Below, one piece after another: positions 56,756 through 64,000 of a DNA stretch of 64,000 nucleotides (position 1 is its first letter; each line of letters begins with the position of its first letter). The stretch spans positions 17,091 through 81,090 of the forward strand of contig JANQMA010000032.1 of assembly GCA_028280285.1 (NCBI GenBank), given 5' to 3'. The translations under genes were made by a program, and so were the position numbers. This DNA is from Candidatus Omnitrophota bacterium. Lineage in GTDB: Bacteria; Omnitrophota; Gorgyraeia; Zapsychrales; Zapsychraceae. The notes under the pieces were generated by a model that was given only the letters and a program-made list of their open reading frames with translations, was not told where the DNA came from and searched no databases.

Positions 56756-57746
56756 GATTCAATATTACTTTCTTACCCTTAATAGTAAAAGCACCGATAA
56801 CCTGTTCTACCGTAATTGAATTGATATCCGTAAAACTTTTTTGATCCTTCTTTAGATCATCATTATAAAAAGGCTTATCGCCTTTTAAATAAATGCTTTG
56901 GCTGCTCCAAGGCCCATACTGATGAACTTTCGACGGACCGAATAGTGCCACAACCGGTTTATCAAAATAAGACGCCATATGCATAGGTCCACTGTCGTTA
57001 ACCAGTGCCATTGTTGCCTGCTTAACTATTCCCGCACATTGCAATAAACTGGTTTTACCACAAAGATTAAGAGTACTCTCTTTTAAACCATCGCAGATAA
57101 AATCGGCAATGACTTTGTCGGAGCCGTCGCCGATAAAAACAACTTTTAATTTATTATGATTGATAACATGACGGGCGACTTCTTTAAACTTTTCTTTATC
57201 CCACCGTTTAAACTCATTTAATGATCCCGGTGCCATAACAACAAAACGCTCATTGCCTTTGATAAAACTTTTGAGCAGCCAATTAACACGCGCCTCATCT
57301 TCTTCCCCAAGAAACAGCATATGTTGAGGAGAAAATGCTATCTCTCCCTGATAAACTGTTTTAAGGCGCTCTATATGCTTATCCTTCATATGTATATTTT
57401 CATCTTTCTTAATCTCAACACTTGTGCGATATCGCGGCCAAAGGATAAACGGTATGGCTGAATTTTTAAGATCGATGACTAGATCAAATTTTTCTCGACG
57501 AAGACGTAAAACCCATTTTAATTTATCTAAAATATTTATTTTTTTATCATATTCAAAAATATTTTTAAGTTTTGGATTATATAAAAACAATGCCTTCGAT
57601 TTTGATGCAACGATGACTGAGACCTCAGCATTCGGATAAGCATTAATGAGCGCATCGACAACAGGGAAAGTTAGTATCGCATCCCCTATATTCGACAAAG
57701 AAATAACCAATATACGTTTAATGTCTGTTTGTTCAGTAATTACCAT
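56748..57746 (-). CDS. GT9 family glycosyltransferase
   Basis: NIGDAIL, APGS...KRW, NDSGPMH, LFGPS. Confidence 0.9.
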   Translation of the reverse strand: MVITEQTDIKRILVISLSNIGDAILTFPVVDALINAYPNAEVSVIVASKSKALFLYNPKLKNIFEYDKKINILDKLKWVLRLRREKFDLVIDLKNSAIPFILWPRYRTSVEIKKDENIHMKDKHIERLKTVYQGEIAFSPQHMLFLGEEDEARVNWLLKSFIKGNERFVVMAPGSLNEFKRWDKEKFKEVARHVINHNKLKVVFIGDGSDKVIADFICDGLKESTLNLCGKTSLLQCAGIVKQATMALVNDSGPMHMASYFDKPVVALFGPSKVHQYGPWSSQSIYLKGDKPFYNDDLKKDQKSFTDINSITVEQVIGAFTIKGKKVILNHE

Positions 57747-57755
57747 AAATTGATG

Positions 57756-57809
57756 AGTTGTTGGTTGCTGGTTGTTCGTTGTTGGAGTTTGAGACTAACA
57801 ACTAACAAC
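57756..57809. repeat. Periodic palindrome, 7-nt unit (TTGTTRG family)
   Basis: agttgtt ggttgct ggttgtt cgttgtt GGAGTTTGA gac taacaac taacaac; shares its centre with 19577-19648. Confidence 0.75.
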
Positions 57810-57822
57810 GCTTAGAATATTA

Positions 57823-58836
57823 TCATACAATTAATTCTTTAATCTTCTCCAAAACCATATCCACCGATATAGCCTGCATGCATATATTATCCGGACAATC
57901 TAAAAAGTAACACGGTTCCTGATTACAACCTACATCACAGTGTAAAACAGTCACTTGCCCGATACCGCGAGGACCAGTCACTTCAGACCTTGTCGGACCG
58001 AAAAGCCCGATAACACTCGTCCCTAAACTATTAGCAATATGCAGTGGCCCGGAATCGGCGCAAACAAAAACATCCAAACGTTTAAGCAGCGCAATTAGCT
58101 GAGATAGAGATGTTTTCCCAGTTAAATTAATGCAATTGTCATGATCAATACTTTTAAGCAATTCATCAACCTCTGTTTTATCTTGTGCTGCTCCTGTCAC
58201 AACAACCTTTTTTTGTGAATCAAGCAATACCCTAATCAATTGCCTAAAATTTTCATTCGCCCAGCGTTTTAATTCCCAATTCGCTCCGATATTGATACCG
58301 ACCAATTTGTCTGTTGTAGAAACCCTGTATTTGGATAAAAACATGTCCATTTCCGTCAAGTCACTTTCATGAATAGATAAACGGGTGTTACGTTGTGAAA
58401 CGTTGATGCCATAGCCTTCAATAATATTAAGATAATCATCCGATCGATGGCTTATCTGAGCTAAAGGTGTTATGACATCGGTCAAAAATTGTTGTTTCTT
58501 TTTAATAGGACTGCCCACGCGCACCTTTATGCCAGCTATTTTTGCCATTAAGGCCTTTGTCGTCGATCCATGCAGCATAAAGGCAATATCACACTGCTCC
58601 TTATACAACTCTTCAATAACACTTAATTTAGACCACCACCACTTATGCTTTCCTTTTTCATCATATTCAACAATTTTATCGATTGCATCAATACACTCAA
58701 GCACACTTCTGACACGCGGATCAGCCATACATACAATAAAACTATCTGGGTATACCTCCTTCAGCGCATAAAAAACAGGTGATGAAAAAACAACATCGCC
58801 TAGCCAGTTAACATTAACAACTAAAATACGTTTCAT
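57823..58836 (-). CDS. waaF: LPS heptosyltransferase II-like (GT9)
   Basis: NWLGDVV, GANWELKRW, DSGPLH, LFGPT, C..C...CM..I tail. Confidence 0.8.
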   Translation of the reverse strand: MKRILVVNVNWLGDVVFSSPVFYALKEVYPDSFIVCMADPRVRSVLECIDAIDKIVEYDEKGKHKWWWSKLSVIEELYKEQCDIAFMLHGSTTKALMAKIAGIKVRVGSPIKKKQQFLTDVITPLAQISHRSDDYLNIIEGYGINVSQRNTRLSIHESDLTEMDMFLSKYRVSTTDKLVGINIGANWELKRWANENFRQLIRVLLDSQKKVVVTGAAQDKTEVDELLKSIDHDNCINLTGKTSLSQLIALLKRLDVFVCADSGPLHIANSLGTSVIGLFGPTRSEVTGPRGIGQVTVLHCDVGCNQEPCYFLDCPDNICMQAISVDMVLEKIKELIV

Positions 58837-58838
58837 AA

Positions 58839-59948
58839 TTACGATAAAATCTTTCGCTTAATAAGCCTTTCATACATTGTGATAGTTTTTGACACCATAG
58901 CCTCTGCTGAAAACCTCTCTGCGATATGTTCGTGCGCGTTTTTAACCACTGTATCGCGCAAAGTACTATCCTCAAGTATGCGTAAAATATTTTGCGCAAA
59001 ACCTTCCACATCTTCGCTCTCAACCAAAAGCCCTGTCTTTTCATGTTCAATCAAACTCGGTATACCGCCGACCCGTGAAGCCACAACCGGACAAAAAGAC
59101 GCCTGCGCTTCTATAATCGACAGACCAAGCCCTTCTTGCCTGGATGGCATAACCGCCACATCAAAAAGATGAAGAAAGTTACGTGTTTCATTGACTGTCG
59201 GGGCAAACTCAACATAACCGGATAAACCAAGAGTCTCGACCATCATCTTAAATTCTTCTTCCATCTTTCCTTGCCCCACCAAAAAACATTTAACGTCTTT
59301 TCTTGTTTGAATAATCCTTTCCATCGCACGGATTAAAACATCCTGCCCCTTAATATCTGATAAACGCGCCACCAAGCCTATTATTTTTTCATCTTTTAAA
59401 CCAAACCTTTGCCGCAACTTACCTACTTTGTATTCATCCTTGGCCGCAAAATGATCGATATCAACGCCATTTTCAATCAATTTGATTTGATCAAGCTTAA
59501 CCTTAAAATCATTTTGAAGGTGCTCTAAAACCTGTTGACTGATCGCAGCAACTTCTTCGCCCCAACAGGGAAAAAGAATTCGTCCCAAACGCCGTTTAAA
59601 ATACCCATGACAGGTCGAGACAAATGTACAATGAGTCAGAGATAATAATATTTGTCCTATCACCTGTGTGATGCGTGTATTGGCATGAACGACATCAATA
59701 TCATTGTCTCTTACATATTTAATTAGACGCACAGCGGCAATATAAACTTTCAGGCTTAATTCTGATTTTGTCTTCAAATTAAGCGTTAAAAGCTGCACCC
59801 CTTCCCGGATAAAAAAATCTTCCATATCCCCACCACAACTCGCTATAAAAACATTATGACCGTTCTTGCGCATACCCCTGGCTTGGGTCAACAAATAGCT
59901 TGTGATCCCTCCGGCATTTAAATGATTGCTTAAATAGAGAATATTCAT
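58839..59948 (-). CDS. GT4 family glycosyltransferase
   Basis: GGITSY, TCHG, NGVD, ARLS..KG, PS..EGLGL...EA. Confidence 0.9.
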   Translation of the reverse strand: MNILYLSNHLNAGGITSYLLTQARGMRKNGHNVFIASCGGDMEDFFIREGVQLLTLNLKTKSELSLKVYIAAVRLIKYVRDNDIDVVHANTRITQVIGQILLSLTHCTFVSTCHGYFKRRLGRILFPCWGEEVAAISQQVLEHLQNDFKVKLDQIKLIENGVDIDHFAAKDEYKVGKLRQRFGLKDEKIIGLVARLSDIKGQDVLIRAMERIIQTRKDVKCFLVGQGKMEEEFKMMVETLGLSGYVEFAPTVNETRNFLHLFDVAVMPSRQEGLGLSIIEAQASFCPVVASRVGGIPSLIEHEKTGLLVESEDVEGFAQNILRILEDSTLRDTVVKNAHEHIAERFSAEAMVSKTITMYERLIKRKILS

Positions 59949-62038
59949 GATTTCGCCTCAAGAAATTCCATCGTTTTATCAAACACCTCTTGCGGTTTGA
60001 TTTCGGTCATACATACATGTGTCATAATTTTACATTGTGTGCTATAGCACGGTGCACACTCTAAATCTCTTTCAAAAATATAAAATCGTTTGGCCGGTGG
60101 GATATGCCTTTTGGCATCGGTCGGACCAAAAAAGGCAATAAACGGCGTATCAACAGCCGCTGCAATATGCATGGGGGATGAATCCGGCGTAATAAAAACC
60201 TTACACCTTTTGATTAAAACCGCCAACTCCATAATATCGGTTTTACCCGCCAAAATGGCTGGACGCGCTTGTGTCATATCAAGCAGCTTTTTAGCAAGCG
60301 CCCTATCTTTGTCCATCCCCGTGATCACGACACGCACGTTTTTAGCCGCTAGCATATCGCATAGTTTAGCGATGTGTTCAATCGGCCAATTTTTGCTCAA
60401 CCATTTTTCTGATGCGGCTAAATTAATACCGACAATATTTTTCGCATTGGCCAGCCACTCAGCGTCAAGCAGGGCCTTAACATTTTTCCTATCGGCCGCA
60501 GATGGCCATAACTCCAAATAATCATTTTCCTTAAATTCTATCCCTAGCATTTGAAGGACTTCAAACTGATGGGGAACAGCAGCAATATCATTACGTGGAT
60601 TTTTAACCGTATGGGATAACAAAAAGCCCCACTTACCGTTATTATACCCATAACTTTCCTTCGGAAACGATAAAAAGGTAAGCAGATGACTACGTTTATT
60701 GTTTTGAAAATCAATGACCTTATCTAACTTTAACTCGCGTAATTTTTTCGCCATCTTAAGGAGCTTGAACCAATGGTCATCTTTTGTATCATAAATGATT
60801 AAATCATCGATATAGGGACAGCTTAATAAAATTTTACGGGAAGGCGCCCCAACCAAGCAGTGAATTTTAGCTTTAGGAAATTTTTTACGAATGGCCTTTA
60901 AAGAAGCTGTAACGAGGATAACATCCCCGATCGAACCAATTTTAATCACAAGTATATTCATCATACTTAAGAGTTCTTCATAAACCGCAAGCGTTTGTGA
61001 AGCCATATGCTCAAGGGTATATTGTTCTTTAATTTTTTCCTTGGCCGCCGCAACAAAACTCTGCGCAAGCTCAGGACTGCGGATAAGACGTATAACCGCA
61101 TTGGCCATCGCGTCGGTATCTTTAGGCGGAACTAAAAGACCGGTTTTCTCATCATCAATAATATCGATCACGCCACCGATCTTGGTCGCAATAACCGGAA
61201 CACCCACCGCCTGAGCCTCAACAACCACACGACCGAAAGATTCTGGCTCAATGGATGACATAACAAGCATATCTGTTTCTGCCAAAATCTCAGGAATGTC
61301 TCTTCTGTTTCCTAAAAAGTGGACATTACCGTCAACCCCTAGCCTGCGTGTTAAAGACATCAATTCATCTTTATAAAATTGCTTGCGCGGCGGGGCTTCC
61401 CCGATAATCTGCACAATAACGTGCGGATAACTGCGTATAACCTTGGCCATCGATTCAATAAAATACTTATGCCCCTTTAAGGGTGTAATGCGCCCGATCA
61501 TGGAAATGACAATATTAGACCCGACATTCTTTTTCTTTTCTATATTAAAGCGCTTTAAATCGACACTGCGCGGAATGCATCTTATCGCTTCAGGTAACAC
61601 ACCAAAATCATCAATCATATGCCGGCCGATCACTTCACTTGGAACAATGACTAATTTCGATTTACCCATCACTTTACTGTAAAACACATTTTTATAATAA
61701 CCATGACAAGTAGTGATAAACGAAGCTGTTGTTTTACGGCACGCAAAGTAAGCAATCCATCCGGGAATACGCGAACGGGCATGAACAATATCAATCTTTT
61801 CATCGACAATAATCGCACGGACATGCTTGATCATGGCGATGACCGAAAAAAGTGATTTTTTATGAACCGGAAGCGCATAGTGCTTACTTCCCGTCTCTTC
61901 AATCACAGAGACTAACTTCCCGCCGTTAGATACCACAACTGATTTATGCCCATGCTCAACTAAATATTTGGCAAAATCCACCGTCCCGGTTTCGACTCCC
62001 CCCACATTAAGCTCAGGCAATATCTGCAAAATATTCAC
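59945..62038 (-). CDS. GT4-GT9 fusion glycosyltransferase
   Basis: N-terminal half GGVETG, HARSR, ESFGR...EA (GT4); C-terminal half IGSIGDVIL, K.W, DSSPMH, FGPT, C.PC....C (GT9). Confidence 0.9.
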   Translation of the reverse strand: MNILQILPELNVGGVETGTVDFAKYLVEHGHKSVVVSNGGKLVSVIEETGSKHYALPVHKKSLFSVIAMIKHVRAIIVDEKIDIVHARSRIPGWIAYFACRKTTASFITTCHGYYKNVFYSKVMGKSKLVIVPSEVIGRHMIDDFGVLPEAIRCIPRSVDLKRFNIEKKKNVGSNIVISMIGRITPLKGHKYFIESMAKVIRSYPHVIVQIIGEAPPRKQFYKDELMSLTRRLGVDGNVHFLGNRRDIPEILAETDMLVMSSIEPESFGRVVVEAQAVGVPVIATKIGGVIDIIDDEKTGLLVPPKDTDAMANAVIRLIRSPELAQSFVAAAKEKIKEQYTLEHMASQTLAVYEELLSMMNILVIKIGSIGDVILVTASLKAIRKKFPKAKIHCLVGAPSRKILLSCPYIDDLIIYDTKDDHWFKLLKMAKKLRELKLDKVIDFQNNKRSHLLTFLSFPKESYGYNNGKWGFLLSHTVKNPRNDIAAVPHQFEVLQMLGIEFKENDYLELWPSAADRKNVKALLDAEWLANAKNIVGINLAASEKWLSKNWPIEHIAKLCDMLAAKNVRVVITGMDKDRALAKKLLDMTQARPAILAGKTDIMELAVLIKRCKVFITPDSSPMHIAAAVDTPFIAFFGPTDAKRHIPPAKRFYIFERDLECAPCYSTQCKIMTHVCMTEIKPQEVFDKTMEFLEAKS

Positions 62039-62041
62039 GAT

Positions 62042-63997
62042 TTATATAACCTCACATAATTCTTCATAAATAATGGCATTATCTTGCAAAGCACGTGTCA
62101 CCATTTTCTTTTTCCCCACATCATAAATTTGTTGACCCAAGTTTTTGACATCAACCGAGATGATATACCCTTCCTGGCTTAGCTTTTTAATAAAACGCAT
62201 ATGTTTACCGTTGCGACGGCGCGTTTCGGGCGTAAAAACAATTGTCCTTTTTTTCGATGAGACCGCTTCTGAAATCATGGAAAGGCTGTCACCTGAAACA
62301 ATCAAAAGGTCACTTAACCCCATAATACCCCCGATGGCAAAGTCAATATCTTCCTGATTCGGCATGATAAGCAGCGGGCAATGGTCGTGTTGTTTAAAAA
62401 CGCTTCTGATTATTTGATCTATTTTTTTAGGTGTCCGGCGTGATGTCGTTATAAGCAAATCCGCATTAAGGTTTTCTGCAATTTCACCGAGCTGACGGGT
62501 TAGCATACCGATTTTTTTTTCCGACAACCATACACCTTTGGCTCCTCCACCAATCAAAACACCGATCTTCATACGCATACGTTTTTTAAGATGAGAAAAC
62601 CGTTTTAAAAGCAACTCCTGTTGCTCATCGAGATGTGTTTCATCGACTAAATTAGGCACAGCATAGGTGATCGCAAAACGACACCGATAATAATTGATTT
62701 TTGGTTTATCATGCTGGGGCAAAACAACCAGATCAAATCTATTATATCCAAGTAAACCCGGTTTAAGATTGACAATGCTCTTAGCATTATGATCTTTCGC
62801 AATAAGAAAATTAAGAGCTGCAATCGAAGAACCGCACGAAATGATATAATCAGCAGTTATTGTTAAAACCTTCTGTGCACATCTATCTGTCAAAAATTGT
62901 CTTAAAAAATCAATTCTCCCCCGCATAAATAAAGGCATATATAAAACACCTAACACAGCAAGAATTTTAGACGAAAGGTTACTTTTATATGAAACAGGCA
63001 CAATAGATACTTCCGCCTGTATATCCCTTTTCTCGGCCAAAACCTTTTGCAGGACAGATGCCACGGCCTCGGATTGCCGTTGATGCCCCATCTTGCCATC
63101 ACTTAAAACACATATTCTCGCCTGTTTAGAAAATTTCCAGATCTTATACACCCACATATATTCATCTGGTTTTTCAATAATAGCCTCTTCCATCATGTCA
63201 ACAATCTGCTTAAGGCTTGCCGTGATACTGGCATCAAGGTCGCCCGCCTGCGGAACTTCTATTGGCTTAGAAAAGGTCATACAATGTCTGCCATCCCCTG
63301 TTCGCTTAATAGAGGCAAAGACAATCGAGGCATCGTATTTATGGGCAAGCCGGATAACACCACTATTCATCGTTGCACTACGCCCAAAAAAATCAACCGG
63401 CTCTCCCTTACGGCCACCTTGATCAATCACCATTCCGACAACACCATTCTTTTTCAGTGTCGCCACAATATCCCGTACGGCAGAGCCATGATTTAAGACC
63501 ACCGTTCCACCACAAGTCCGGTAAGAGTTAAGCAGTTTATCTAACTTCGAATATTTACGCTGGACATTTGCAAACAAGGTATAAGGAAAATCGAGCATAG
63601 CGCAAACGACATTGGCCATTTCCCAACTCCCAGCATGCATCCCAACAAGGATAACCCCTTTGCCGCGTTTGCGCGCCTGATCGATATATTCCTTCCCCTC
63701 AATATTGACAACATCTTGAAAATTATCCGGACTTAATAGGGGCAGACGAAACATATCAACAATGCTCATACCGAAATTGGCGTACATATTTTTCGCAATT
63801 CTTTTCAATTCTTTAAGCGATTTAACACCGGCAAAAGCAGCCTTTAAATTGGCATAGGTCTGCGCACGGTTTTTAAAATCAATCGTATAATAACACCTGC
63901 CGATACACCGTCCCATCCAAAGCGCAACACCGAGTGGGAGAGTACGCACGACTGCGCCGAAAATAAGCGCACTAAAATATATGATCGAGTCTTTCAT
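62042..63997 (-). CDS. Lipid A late acyltransferase (LpxL/HtrB family) fused to an ELM1/GtrOC1-like domain
   Basis: N-terminal half HAGSWE, DQ, FFG, P..Y.W..K.WK; C-terminal half SDGKMGH..QS, PQHD, LIGG, TTSRRT, VSGDS.SM.SEA. Confidence 0.85.
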   Translation of the reverse strand: MKDSIIYFSALIFGAVVRTLPLGVALWMGRCIGRCYYTIDFKNRAQTYANLKAAFAGVKSLKELKRIAKNMYANFGMSIVDMFRLPLLSPDNFQDVVNIEGKEYIDQARKRGKGVILVGMHAGSWEMANVVCAMLDFPYTLFANVQRKYSKLDKLLNSYRTCGGTVVLNHGSAVRDIVATLKKNGVVGMVIDQGGRKGEPVDFFGRSATMNSGVIRLAHKYDASIVFASIKRTGDGRHCMTFSKPIEVPQAGDLDASITASLKQIVDMMEEAIIEKPDEYMWVYKIWKFSKQARICVLSDGKMGHQRQSEAVASVLQKVLAEKRDIQAEVSIVPVSYKSNLSSKILAVLGVLYMPLFMRGRIDFLRQFLTDRCAQKVLTITADYIISCGSSIAALNFLIAKDHNAKSIVNLKPGLLGYNRFDLVVLPQHDKPKINYYRCRFAITYAVPNLVDETHLDEQQELLLKRFSHLKKRMRMKIGVLIGGGAKGVWLSEKKIGMLTRQLGEIAENLNADLLITTSRRTPKKIDQIIRSVFKQHDHCPLLIMPNQEDIDFAIGGIMGLSDLLIVSGDSLSMISEAVSSKKRTIVFTPETRRRNGKHMRFIKKLSQEGYIISVDVKNLGQQIYDVGKKKMVTRALQDNAIIYEELCEVI

Positions 63998-64000
63998 TAA

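Noticed and set aside
3124-57809. Short tandem repeats as CRISPR arrays
   Set aside because: Units are 6-10 nt with no unique spacers, and there are no cas genes.
257-63496. All other plus-strand and nested alternative-frame ORFs in the track
   Set aside because: They are antisense or out-of-frame shadows of well-supported minus-strand genes and lack motifs.

Overview
Bacterial chromosomal core-genome segment from a Gram-negative, LPS/Kdo-producing organism. The gene order and domain fusions suggest a PVC-related lineage such as Omnitrophota (inference). About 66 protein-coding genes are supported, and every one is on the minus strand. In transcription order (right to left): an LPS/lipid A block (LpxL-ELM1 fusion, GT4-GT9 fusion, GT4, three GT9, hldA/rfaE1, kdsBADC, lptC/A, lptB), tig-clpP, serine and purine genes, uppS-cdsA-dxr-rseP-cpaF-proS-rimP-nusA-infB, scpA-ruvB-spoIID-queA-tgt, trmD-rplS-rnhB-yraN, folD, polA-glgA-coaE-rho, a five-gene accessory islet, rpmE-prfA-prmC-murA and trpG-D-C-F. 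No rRNA, tRNA, CRISPR array or transposase was seen. The most interesting signals are non-coding. (1) At 2205-2433 (minus) is a c-di-GMP-I (GEMM-I)-type riboswitch core about twice the usual size, with two 21-nt hairpins inserted as a four-way junction in P2, an extended P3, its own promoter and an enclosing 12-nt helix. (2) At 1779-1830 is a ~50-nt plus-strand sRNA candidate with a near-consensus promoter and terminator, converging on the gene downstream of that riboswitch. (3) About a dozen intergenic 'periodic palindromes' are built from 6-, 7-, 8- or 10-nt tandem units, alongside REP-like palindromes. (4) Widely conserved gene clusters are present in order but with many member genes missing. 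All calls are by eye from sequence and motifs; no searches were run.
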